Program-made: the position numbers and the translations under genes
Shown: positions 24,201 through 36,190 of the stretch, piece by piece
Layout: every line of letters begins with the position of its first letter
How positions within the stretch are numbered: the first letter of the stretch is position 1
Notes under the pieces: model-generated
Databases searched by the model: none
The model's input: only the letters and a program-made list of their open reading frames with translations
What the model was told of the DNA's origin: nothing
Assembly: GCA_008632985.1 (NCBI GenBank)
Contig: QPGO01000006.1
Coordinates: 124,001 to 188,000 of the forward strand
Length of the DNA stretch: 64,000 nucleotides
From: Psammoneis japonica
Taxonomy: Eukaryota
Direction of reading: 5' to 3'

Positions 24201-26502
24201 TTTGAAATTGTTGATGGTCCGGTGCATGGGCATCCATGGCTGAACTGAAAAAAAAGGCACCAGTGTCTCGGGATTTGTCTGCTGCATCAACCCTTGCCTC
24301 AGCAAATGCATTCTCCAAAGCCACCACAGTTTCCAATTTGAGAGCTTGCCACTTTCTGACTCTTGCTCCCGCATTGAATCAGACTGCAAAATGCTTCTTG
24401 GTCATCAGCCGCCCCCACGATGATTGGATTCTTGGACTCTTGTGGCTCTTTCACTTGCGTGTTCTGGGGAGAAGCAACTGATTCCTTGATGTCTGAAGTG
24501 GATTGTAAGAAGTGCTTCAACACTTTCCAACTTGAAAGGTTCGCTGTCTTCTGACTCTGCCTCTCGTGTCTTTGTGGAATCCAATCTCTCCCTGTCAACA
24601 GCTGCAGCCGATCTCTTGTGGCTTTTTCCCTTGTGCGCACTCTCTGCAGCAGATTCTGCAGTGGCATGTGGATGATTCTGGATTCTCCAAGGCTGCAATG
24701 CTTCATTCTCCTTGATTCTTCTGCTTGAGTCATTGTGGAAACCAATTCCTCGTTCACTCTAGCTGCACCCGAAATGATTGGTGTGCTGACTTGCTTGCTC
24801 TCTGTGGCAGCGATTCTGTGGCATTTGCAGACGACTCTAACTTTTCCAAAGCTTCAGCGGTTTGCAAGTAGAAAATTTCTGTCTTTCTAACTCTTCATCT
24901 CAAGTCGTGTTGGATTTCATTTTCTCATTGTCAGCAGCTGCACCCATGATGATGTGAGCCAAGATCTCTTTTGGCTCTTTTCTGCATGTCTTTTTGGCAG
25001 CAGACTCCTCAGCATCCACAGATGATGCCAGAATGACAAGAGCCTCAATCGGCAACTGACAGCGCCAAATCAGATGCCGCCCCAAAAACAAGAGTTTTTG
25101 TCTCAACTGATTGTTCTTTTTTGGGTTTCGTCTCGGAAAGTGATGCAATGGATTCTGGAGAGTGTCTGCAGAGCTTCCTTGACAAAAATTGGATCTTCCT
25201 TTGCTTGTCTTCATTCGCTTTGTCCGCAGTTGCCTCCAGGATGTCAGTTGCATTTTCTTCTGACAATTTTTCTTGTGACACCGTCTCAGCTGCCGGCTCT
25301 TTTACAGCCTTGAGAATGAGGCCCCTCTCTCTTTGTTCTGCCATTCCTGACGCCACTTCTCAGGCATGCCTTCTGGAATTGTGGTGCTTTTCCACTGCAA
25401 GTCACTGGCTCAAGAGCTGGGCACAAAACAGTGTGAGCAGCCAACAGAAGCTGCACAGCAAACACATGTTAAAGCATCAGTCAACAGGGTTGGCCTTTTC
25501 CGCTGTGTTGGCGTTTGTTGTTTCTGCTTTCCAGATGGACAGATGGGTATCATCTTCTGCCCAACAAGAACCGCGCAAGTCTCCTGCTCAAGCTCAAATG
25601 ATTGCAGCCTGCCTGGGCTTGCCTCGGCCTCCTTCTCCTCCAATTTAAGTCTGAACTCAGCTGCCCAGTCAAATTGTTGCAGACTGCCCCGGCACGCATC
25701 GGCCTCCTCTTCCCGGTCAAATGATTGCAGCCCACCCTGGCATGCATCGGCCATCGGCCTCCTTTACCTGGTCAAATTATTGCAACCTACGGTAAAGCAG
25801 TGCTACCCCGGTGCCAGCACCTCCATGCATCGGCTTCCTTCCTCTTCTTCGTTGTGGTGAGAATTTTTAATTTCGAAATTTTGTATTATTATTTAAGTCT
25901 ATAAATATTTTATATGAAGTACTTTGTATATGTCAATAATATAATATATATCTATTTTAAAAATTTAAATTAGTCTACAAAATATGAATTTATATAGGAT
26001 TAACAATGGTTTCTCAGTATTTGAAATTTTTTTGTCCTACTCTATGCCAATAGTGAACGGCACGCCACAATGTACAGTACTGTAAGACTTCCGGTAGGGC
26101 CCTATCCCGCCCCAAAATGAAAACTTGAAAACACCGATGACAATGACAATGTGCACAAGCCAACACCCCCCACATCTATAAACAACGAGACGTCGCTTCG
26201 CTCTCACCGTTGTATGTGTCATTTGCAATACAAAAGTTGGAAGGATGCAGTAACGCATTGTGAAGTTTCATCCCGAGCCATGACACGTCGCTTCGCTCTC
26301 CTGTGGTGTCGTCATAGCCATGCGACATGCGAACGATGGAGCAGCACGCGCAGTTATAGTGCAACAGCTTCTTCCTTGCCCCTTACCATCGAGCACGATT
26401 CCCTTGTTCGGGGACCGAAAGGTGGCTACTTAGGACAAATGAAACATTGACTTGCCCTCATTGCAGCACATCAAACAGTGTGCAAAAACATGCCGTACGG
26501 CA

Positions 26503-26848
26503 TCTTCTGCCGTTGCACTTTGGATTTCTCCTACGTGCCAGCCACGTTGCTGCTCGTACAAGTCTCATTGCCGTTTCAGTCTTCGATGATTTCTTCTGCC
26601 GTTGCACTTTGGAGTTCTCCTACGTGCCAGCCACGTTGCTGCTCGTACAAGTCTCATTGCCGTTGCATTCTTCGATGACATCTTCTGCCGTTGCACTTTG
26701 GAGTTCTCCTACGTGACAGCCACGCTGCTTCTCGTACAAGTCTCATTACCGTTTCAGTCTTCGATGATTTCTTCTGCCGTTGCACTTTGGAGTTCTCCTA
26801 CGTGCCAGCCACGTTGCTGCTCGTACAAGTCTCGTTGCCGTTTCAGTT
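26503..26848. repeat. Tandem repeat, 4 x 89 bp
   Basis: Unit TCTTCTGCCGTTGCACTTTGG...CTCGTACAAGTCTCATTGCCG starts at 26503, 26592, 26681 and 26770. Confidence 0.95.
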
Positions 26849-27195
26849 TTCTCTGCACGTAGGAAATGGTAAGTTTTCCACGACGCGCTCTTCATTCGCT
26901 GCTTCGTGTCATCCCATTTCTCTCTCTGTCATAATTCATTCTCGTCCGCCTTTGTCAACCACACCCCAAACACTAGCACAAGCCTTCACAAGCCACACAG
27001 TCTCATCAACAAAGATCCCGCGAACTTTGCAAAGGGTGAGCAGCGAGTGTCGTATTTAACGTGATCCATGCATGCCTCAAGCTCACACGTCGTCATCATT
27101 CTTGAACACACTTTTTGCAGTACCGCTATATTTCCTCGTCGTACCCTTTCGCATCTAAAAACAGGTGAGTTTCTGGATTCGATTGTTTCGTCTGT

Positions 27196-28275
27196 TTGTT
27201 GCTTGCAGTACAGACTTCGCGGCTAACACCTGGATTGCTCTCTTCTCGTCACAGAGACGATGCTTTCCATACCGGTAGTTTGCGGAATGCCAAGCCCCGT
27301 CGGCAGCAGTCTCTGAATGGGAAGCGCCGTCGTCTGAGTGGTGGAGGGACTCCGATTCTGTCTCGCATGATTGGACCTGCAGCTGAAGGACCGCGTCCAG
27401 ATGTCAACTGTCCAGACAGTAACACCAAGAAGGTTCTTTCCGTGTTGGACGCCGCCGACATTACTTCTGATTATTGGGACGTCCACAAGGCAACCCTCAT
27501 CACCCCTAAGGATTTTGATCAAGTCTATCACCCTGCTCTCGAAAAAAACATTGCTCTCAACTCGAAGTTGCATGAGCGATGCAACAAGGCGGAAGGCTTG
27601 TGCCGTGGATACAACAACGCCTGCAAGCGAGATATTGCAACGGTTCGATCCAAAAAGGAAGCGCTTGAGGCAGATTTTCAGGCGAAGTATGCAGAACTCG
27701 ACAACGAAGAGAAGCCATTGTGGTTGGAACAATCCCAATGGGAGCGCCTCGAAGCGGCAACACGTACGAAGGGGAGTAACGCCATGGCGAATCTTTCCAA
27801 GTCCAAGGTTTATGCGGAGGAGCTAAATTCCATGGCAACGTTGCCTGACGAATTGAAGGCTTGTGCTGACATGAATGTGTCCCAACTTCGCGACTACGCT
27901 GGAGTGTCGAATGTTGCTGGGCTCAAAAAGATGACCCGCCGTGCAGTCACTGCTTCGATGCATGACGTCAGGAACAACGGCATTGACAGTAACCAAGTCT
28001 GCAGTGACATCCATCAGTTCTACATCGGAGGCTGCGAAGGAAGAAAGGTTCGATTTGCCATATACTTGGGATTCCCTATGGAGGAAATTCTCGACGTGTT
28101 TGACTTGGAAGACACCCTTGCGGCAGCCTCGGAGCTTTTTGGCAGGGACGAGGCGATAGACATAGTCAAAGAAGCTCAATCCCGCATGGTTGCGTCTGCC
28201 CCGGACCCCAAGGATGCTGAGATTCAACGCCTCAATGCCAAGTTGGAAGCCGTGGAAGGAGCAAAAGCTGAGTGA
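27196..28275 (+). CDS. Hypothetical protein with coiled-coil segments; start uncertain, possibly spliced
   Basis: 359-codon ORF with normal composition, first in-frame Met at 27367; candidate intron 27165-27254 (GTGAGT...CTAAC...CACAG) joins an open upstream exon in frame. Confidence 0.55.
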   Translation: MLLAVQTSRLTPGLLSSRHRDDAFHTGSLRNAKPRRQQSLNGKRRRLSGGGTPILSRMIGPAAEGPRPDVNCPDSNTKKVLSVLDAADITSDYWDVHKATLITPKDFDQVYHPALEKNIALNSKLHERCNKAEGLCRGYNNACKRDIATVRSKKEALEADFQAKYAELDNEEKPLWLEQSQWERLEAATRTKGSNAMANLSKSKVYAEELNSMATLPDELKACADMNVSQLRDYAGVSNVAGLKKMTRRAVTASMHDVRNNGIDSNQVCSDIHQFYIGGCEGRKVRFAIYLGFPMEEILDVFDLEDTLAAASELFGRDEAIDIVKEAQSRMVASAPDPKDAEIQRLNAKLEAVEGAKAE

Positions 28276-28309
28276 GTGGAGCAAAAGCTGAGTGAGTGGA
28301 GCTGCTTAG

Positions 28310-28708
28310 GTTGAACTGCAATCGACTACGTGTATATGTTTAAGATGCCATTTGGAAGTAAACGTCCCTCATTGGGAGAGTACCATAACTTGTAAATAGT
28401 CGGCGGTTCCCTTTTCACATTGCGCCTTGTATATCATCGTAGAGCTTGTAAGGAGGCATTTCTTGCCACTGGTCCTAGAAAGAACGATGTAATAATACCT
28501 TTTTCGGATTCGTAAGTCACAAGGGAGTTGAACTGCGATCGACTGCGTGTAAATGTTTCAGATACCATAATATGTAAGTAAACGTCCATCATCGCTCATC
28601 GAGGGAGAGTACCGTAAGTTGTAATAATCGGCGGTTCCCTTTTCACTTCGCACCTTGTATTTTCGTAGAGCTTGTAAGGAGGCATTTCTTGCTATTCCTA
28701 GAAAGAAC
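28310..28708. repeat. Diverged two-copy duplication (~220 bp period)
   Basis: GTTGAACTGC.ATCGACT...GGGAGAGTACC...TCGGCGGTTCCCTTTTCAC...GTAGAGCTTGTAAGGAGGCATTTCTTGC occurs at ~28310 and ~28528. Confidence 0.85.
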
Positions 28709-30739
28709 AATCCAAGGATCGGCTTCGGCATTTTCTCCTGCCGGGCTTTCAAAGTGTAGCACTAGCTTCAATGCGTTCGCGAACGGTCTGGTCGGAGGCA
28801 AGGGACTAGAGCCCATTCCATTATCGTCGCAGGTCTCTTCTGTGAACTGGAACCCAGCAGGTTTCACCGAGGTAATTTTTCCTCGGTTTTCACTCAAGAT
28901 TGGAACGGTATTCTCATTTATCTCTTCTTCGCGTTGCTGAAAAACTTTTTTAATTCCAGCATGCTCCAGAATGGCTTCCTTGGTTTCCGTGAAGCGGAGC
29001 TGAAGCATGGACGTCCTGCTCTGTTTTGCTACTGTTTGCTTCGTCATGCCCGAGTTCTTTATTCTTTTGCATCCCTGGTGAACAGTTCTATTTTGTTTCC
29101 CGATTCCATGATTCAAATTTTTTGATGGATAGCTTCTTGAGGCTGTGTCTTTCCTTGCACTTGCAAACATGAACAACTACGACCACAGCTTACGATGCTG
29201 TGGCACCCAGTATAATGTAATGCGCCATTTATTAATTAAGTGTCGTTAGAATGCTCTGCCAAGATAAGGAGGCGATACTGATGGTAGCTCGAACAGTTAT
29301 GCAGCATAGCTAACTCGCATGAGATCCCTATATCCTTCTTGCTTTGCTGCTCCCGCGCCCCAATCCCGCCCTCGTGAGTGTTGATGATGCAAGTAAGGGT
29401 TCTGTTTCAGAGTAGAAGAACAGTTGTCGTATCATTTGGTGTTGTGTAATTGGTGCAATTGCTTTATGGCTGTTCAAAGCATGACGTTATGTTGAAAAGG
29501 CAGGGTCCATCAAAATGTTGGTCCCATTTAACAAGATCTCATTGTACCTTTTCGAACAAGCAGACAATGAAACCGAGCCAATTGCATTCTTGGAGTTCAT
29601 CAACCAGAGCAAACAGCCAACTCGAGTGAAAAGGGAGCTACCAGCAAAGCATGGCACGTGGCCTATAACAGTAGGCAATGTACCCGACAGCTGCATGCGT
29701 TCCAGAACGGCATACCGGGTATTACAAGGAAGAGATAGATGCCCTGAAATGGACACAGCCGAGTACTCTTGGCAATGATTCTTCCAAATTGAAAAGCTTG
29801 CCATGAATAAAATTCGACGAAAGGTCGATTATCTGCAACGAAGCTCCTTAACTCTAAATTCTTCTTCAAGAGATGTGAGATCCCCACGCAAATTGTTGGA
29901 CATCAACAGTAGAGCCGTTTTGCCGTAGTTAGCTCCAGATCCCGCATCGGGGAGCATTTGGTCCACTACAGGCTGGCAAGTAACGCCATACCATCCACAC
30001 GCATTGTTGCTGTGGGTAATGCTGTCAGCACCGACCCATCCTTTGCTTTGTAGCCAGGACGGACCTCCCAGTGCGCCGTAGATTTGTCGGAGCGCGGCAA
30101 CTTGTGCCCAAGGTACACTGGACTAATGGATATCCACACCTTCATTGTTTTTATTCTCAGAGACGAGACAAATGTCCCTACTGGTAACTCCCGCGAGCCT
30201 TGATTTCGCCGACATGAGGTGTCCGTATTCAAGTTCGTTGTTCTCCTGTCGGTATCCGTGTGTTGCATGACTAAGTCACTATCCTCCTGGAATCATCAAG
30301 TCTGAGCTTGGCCAGAGTGACCCGATGAGCTACTGGACGCGTTGCGGAATGCACAAACTCAATTGTAACAATCTCGTCAGTATCGGGTGTTTCTTGCCCC
30401 CAATAATAGACCATGTCTCATGTCTCCAAAGAGCTGGCATTCAAATCACCCTGACCCAGCTGCTCTCTCGTTAAACGATAGATTGTATTGTTGGACGATC
30501 CCAAATTACCAAACATACTTAGCCGAGTACTTGTATCCGAAAGTTTATTTGTGATCGCCCTTGAAAAGGTAGGGGAGCATTGTGGATGATGGTGACGACC
30601 GTAGAGTTCTCGTCATTGATATCTGGCGACAAGAAGGACGTGGTATCACCCTGAAAGGTCGGCTCTTGGTGCTTGTAACCCCAACCCGATTCCAACTCTT
30701 GCTCGTATCCCTCGTTGTATTGTTGGATACTGCGAATGC

Positions 30740-31279
30740 GTTTGGCTTGCATTGCCGAGGAATCCTTGGGCGAGCAATGGTTGAGAATGCACGAGTCGCA
30801 ATCTTGCCCAAACGTTAAACAGCCCACAATGGCAATCGAAAGGTACACGACGAGAGTCAAGCCGAACGAGTATAAAACGACTTGACCAAATCGAGGAAGG
30901 CTTGCGTCCTTGAGTTCGGCGTAAAAGCGTGGACTATTGTAGTGCATGTCAAAACTTGTATACCATGCAAACAAAGGGTAAGGCACTTGTCGAAGACCAA
31001 GGCGATGTTCTTGTCCCAAAGGCTTCTCGTGAAATGCTGCTCTCGACATAGTATTGTCCATCCTGTTGATAAGAACCTTCCATTTATCGCACTAGCATCG
31101 CACCCAATGCACAAAGAACCGCCGCCAACCACGCCCATGGCGGAAAAGGGTGCCAGTGCATTTAAATTTTTAAAGAGACACAGGGGTAAAATGCCAATCA
31201 ACGTGACGACAAGGAGGCACACCACGACGAACCAACAGACATTGATTCCTTCCAGCAAGAGCTGCAAGGATTGAGACAA
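30740..31279 (-). pseudogene. Amino-acid transporter (Aa_trans/SLC38-like) fragment, frameshifted
   Basis: ILPLCLFKNLNALAPFSAMGVVG, HYNSPRFYAELKD...RF and VGCLTFG...ILN motifs split across two frames. Confidence 0.75.
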
Positions 31280-34200
31280 GATGGATGCGTTGGCAAAGCA
31301 ACCTGATGCAAATTTACGAAAACGAGTAGCTATTAAGCAAAGTTTGTCAAAAACAATTTCAAAAAGAATACATAAATCATACTCTTGTCTACAACGATCC
31401 CAAGCACATTTCGCTTCCAGGAATAGCGCACGTACCTAGGAACGGATCAAGAGTATTGACTTTTGCCACAGACAATCCTCCTTTATGCCCAACCGTTCGT
31501 TCCCAACATTCACGATAGGTAGCCGAATTACATGATTTTCCAATTCTGTAGAGGAATGAAAAAATGCACGAGTATTGACGGCATCAAATGATTTCTTTTA
31601 TGACCTGTATCCACCAATTTGTGTACCTCGCATTAAACAAAAATACCCAAAGACGGCTCCCTGCACGACAGTCCACCCCTCATCGTTGAACACACATGAT
31701 GGGTACACAACATCATGACAACAAACGCTGACGCTGATGCCGTTGGCTGGCTCAAGAACTGGGAATAAAATAGCATGAGCAGCCAATGGAAGCTGCTCAA
31801 CACACAATGCTGAAGTGTCGGTCGACAGGGTTGGCCTTTTCCGCTATCTCGGTCCCTTTTTTCCCCTTCAGCGGTCGCCCACCATTTTCATTCAGCTCTT
31901 TCTGTTTCTCATGGCGAATACGTTGCCCTCATCAGCCGAGGAGGCGAGGGACGAGAAACTTTTGATTTCGAAATTTTGCACTGAGTATAATTGTATTCGT
32001 TCGTGAGTCTATGCGTCGACCGTTCTTCGCGCGCGCGCTCGCACGCACCCGAAGGTCTCCTCCTACCGTAGACTCTCGCGGAAGTAAGACGGACGATGTA
32101 CCAGGGTCGTATGTACCGGTAGGCCGTTTGTTACGGTGCCGTTTTTCCGTCGCACGTCGCACCGGCGGGACATGCCGCAAGTGCCGCAAGCAGCATCGTT
32201 TCATACCGTGTTTTTGGATATTTTCGATGACTTTGAAACTGTGGAACACTTGGGGGTCGCGATTTGGAGTTTTTGACCCCCAGACCTATTTTAATGCACG
32301 CCCACATGTCTGTAGAATGCATTAAAATACCAACGGTCCAAATCAGGTCGTGTTTAGCATNGGTCTGGCAGATCTCGCGCGCTGCAACAACAAACAACAA
32401 TGCAACGAAGCGTCTCGATTGTATTTGCAAGCATCGGAGAATTTTACGAAAATGAAGAAACCCAGGGCAGTCATGGCGAATGCTGAAGATGACGACGATG
32501 CTCTGCTCGGATGTTCTCTTTGATCAATCCACCGATGAGCCTCTGCCAATTTAGAAACAGTTGGAATGGACAGCAGCAATGGCGGTGGTGATGAGTCGAA
32601 GGAGAAAAAGAAGGTGACTGATGATGCTCTCGGCGTCTCGGGTTAAATTTTCAAGGAGGAAGCGGACCGTGGCACTGCTTCTGGAAATAATTTACGTCCC
32701 AATCGAAATGGTATTACGAGACGAATGGAAAGCAATGCGTTTGTTGGTGACAATTCCACCCTTGTGGACGAGTCAACGACCGTGAACAACACCAGCACTA
32801 TTACTCTACAAGAATCGTCCGAAGAAGAGTCGGAAGAAGAATCAAGTGACGAGGAGCCTGTTCCAATGGATGTTCAACAAGCGGCACTGGAACAAGCATC
32901 ATTTTGCAAGGAGGATTATTGTACTGCATTTTTGGGAAGATATTACCGAGTCGAAATCAACAAGTTGCGATTCTACTGACAAGGCGTTGTGACGAGTGGA
33001 ATTGGAAGGCACAAGACGATATTTATATAGTAGATTGTACATGCTGCAAACAGTTGGTTTGTAAAGAAAGCAGTACTACCGAAATTATGCAACGCAATCA
33101 ATGGGCAAGCTTTTGAATTCGTGTACCAGTATTCAAATACGAGTTTGCAAGTTGATTTTTGTAGAGTTATTATTCTATTGTCGCAAGGACTTTTTGTGGC
33201 TTGAATTACTATTGCCAACAATTTGTAAGTGGTGCAATTAGTCTAGCTTTGTTAAGTTCTACGCGTGACTTTGTAGGATAGAGAATAAGCGGCTGTAAAG
33301 GCTCCATGTCCGTTCGGGGTCGGCAAGCAGTCTAGACACCTATTGTGATCCATATAGTCATTTAAAGTCCAAGTATGGCGCCAAGTATGCCTTCTTTCGT
33401 CAACCGCTTCAAAATGCATCGTGCTAGAGAGTATTCTTCGGGCGGAAAAAGTGCAGTAAAAGGCTGAGAGCTGATTGGCCACTTGCAACCCCAAGGTGAA
33501 AAGAGGGGGCGCCATGAATATTTTTCAGATTGTGACGCCAAGACTTCAACCCAGTGTTCTGCACAAGTCTCATCCCGGAACCATGAGTGGGCGAGTCACA
33601 ATGACAACTCGGTCCTAGTGTCGCAACTGGGGGGGCCTACCTTTGAAGTTGAAAAAGGATACGTTGCTCGTGCACCTCGCATAGCGATCCTTGCAGAACT
33701 TGTGTCAGGCTCTGATCCTGCGATTGTTGTAAAGCCTGTATACTGCCCTCATCGTGTCAAGCCGGCTCCGAACGCTTTACGACTTGAATCGTCGCGATCA
33801 ATCCGTTGACGCGAGGCTTTACTCTGCAAAGAACTACATTTTATTCCGATGCTCTACTCTGAGAACATGCTTGAACGTATTATAACGAAACACGTACGAA
33901 CGTTTCATCGACAGCCATGGCGATGGTACAGTCACGAGAAGAAGCCATGTTTTCTATCTTGTCGCGCTGTACGATACCGCCAGGACCGACACAGACACCG
34001 CCGGACAAAAAACCAACACACTTGACGTTGCGACAACGTGTCGCAGCAGAGTGGCAATAGAGAAACCATCATCATCATCGGCAAATTTTCACAGTGATTC
34101 TCAGCACTATCTTTCAATTCAGGCGATCAATTCATCCAATGCTCACAATGGTTTCGGCACGGATGCCGAGATATTCGGCAGTATCAAGAATCTGACGACC

Positions 34201-34309
34201 GAAATGCGCATATCGCCATATCGTTCCAAACGAGTCCGAATAGGGCGGGATATTCGAGATGCTATCCAAGTATTTACTCAAAGCTCGCAAACAAATGTTC
34301 CTTGATATG

Positions 34310-34612
34310 AAGCCAGCTGTTGTGAGCTTTCGTTCGCGTGAAACCAACGATCGTGAGCTCTCGTTGTCATGAAGCTAACGAAATCTTCCTCCACGTGAAG
34401 CTAACGATCGCAACGCTTACCGATATTTTTTTTTTCACGTGAAGCCAACGACCGTAACAGCTAACGATAATTTTTTTCCTCCACGTGAAGCCAAAGATCT
34501 CGGGTTCTCGTTAGCTTGGCGCCAACGAAACCTTCCTTGACGTAAGCTCACAATCGTGAGCTCTCGTCGGCGTGAAGCTAACCATCATCAGCGTGACGCT
34601 AACGAAATTTTC
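34310..34612. repeat. Cluster of short CGTGAAGC(T/C)AACGA-type motifs
   Basis: About nine imperfect copies with irregular spacing, at least one inverted (TCGTTAGCTT); resembles transposon subterminal repeats. Confidence 0.75.
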
Positions 34613-36190
34613 CTCAAAGATTTGAAATGGATCGGAAACCCTTTTTAGCAGCCTTTGCGCTTTCGTAGTTTAATAGAGCCAGTCACGGTAAAAAGCAACA
34701 AAAGAAAGAAAAAACCTTGGCAAACAGAAATCAAATAATACACATGCTGACCGCCCATTCTCAATTCTGCGGATATACAACATGGACGACAGAGAGTTAG
34801 ATAATCACAAAGCCTTTTTCCGTAACGAGATAACAAGTAATCAATCCTCAGAACATGTTGGAACATTATAATCTTGTCGTCTCAAGAAGCCTGTGAAGCC
34901 TCACATCGGTCGAAAGATGGTGTTTTTATATGTTTCTTCATGGGATTTTCAATTGGATAACCCCCGGGACGTGGCCGCAATTACGTGAGATTGCAAAACT
35001 TGCCTGCGGGTCTTTCTCTCTCTCTCTCTCTCTCTTACCGAACGTGTGCATTTCAACAAGGGCACGACACAAGAGAAATGCTTTCACTTTGTGGCAATAT
35101 AACGCGCAATATAGGAGCAACAAACTCGGTAGAAAGCACGCTACGTTACGACTTTTGTCGTACACCCGAATCTGCTGTTTTCGTCTTTTGACGTCCAGAG
35201 AAGTATCTCTTGCTTTCAAGAAAAAGGGTTTTGATCTTGTCGGGTGTATCCTATGAGTATGGGCCTCATTGCAAACGATCCTCAGAAAAGAAGAACACGA
35301 GCCTTCGCGGTTGTTGTGGCATTGTGATCAGGGTGCTCAAGTTGGCGCTTTTTTAAACTCTCGGAGACCGACCAACCAAGAAGTCAAAGACGCAATGGCT
35401 GAGCAACCTTGCTCGTTTTTGTCGATTCACGTGCGTCCGCAGCAGTGTACAAGAAGAGCAGATTTGCTGGCTGTACCCATGATGATTCGCTTCTTTTGGA
35501 TCCCGAAATAATTTGTCCTTCCCGCCATGAGGGTTGATGTAATTGTATCTTTATGCTGGACGACTGAAGCCCATCACGTTCAGAGTCTTGGCGAAGTTGC
35601 AGTTTTGACAGTTACAAAACTTGTAAAACGCCCTGCGTTTCCATGCAGGTAGTCTTTGTACGGTGTCTGCCCCAAAAGCATTCGAATCTATCTGCGCTGT
35701 CTCGATGCCACATCACAATTGCTGGTGATCAGCGCTGGCATTTCATCTCCTCTGTGTTGCTGGGCATGGACTCGAGCAAACAAATGGCTTTGTTCTCATA
35801 CTTGTACACCGCCTTTGTCTCATGGATCTCTCACACAAAATACAGTGGAGTTTCATCGTGGTGATGAAGATGCGCCGCGGCCTAGCTGCGGTGCGCTGAT
35901 CGCTGATGGTGGACCGCGGACGTACAAACAGTACTGATTTCCACGAGCTCGAATTTATTGTTTTTAGTAACCCGGATCATGACGAAACCATGACAATAAC
36001 AGCCCGTGTGACACTTCAACCACGAGCTCTTTCACGTAGAAGTGTACTGAAGTCTACACGATTTCAATCAAAAGCACGACGAGAGACCATGCTGGACCAT
36101 GGCACAAACACATTGTAACAACTTGTGCTCTAGCTAGTAGCCGCCGTTTGGTATCGTATTCCGCTGTTTCTTGATATTATCCATAACAAG

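Larger units (their letters stand above)
16440..25780. other. TpA-depleted degenerate domain with gene fragments and local repeats
   Basis: Near absence of TA; contains LRR fragments and ~170-bp duplications; boundaries approximate. Confidence 0.75.

Noticed and set aside
1..25780. Hundreds of 60-250 aa Cys/His-rich ORFs outside the Copia as real genes or metal-binding proteins
   Set aside because: They overlap in all six frames, lack Tyr and follow directly from loss of TAA/TAG and TAY codons.
26503..26848. CRISPR array
   Set aside because: Whole 89-bp units repeat with no unique spacers; no cas genes; eukaryotic context.
28700..34300. Additional genes among the short ORFs (other than the transporter fragment)
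   Set aside because: Fragmentary, with no recognisable domains or consistent splice structure; one ambiguous base at 32361.
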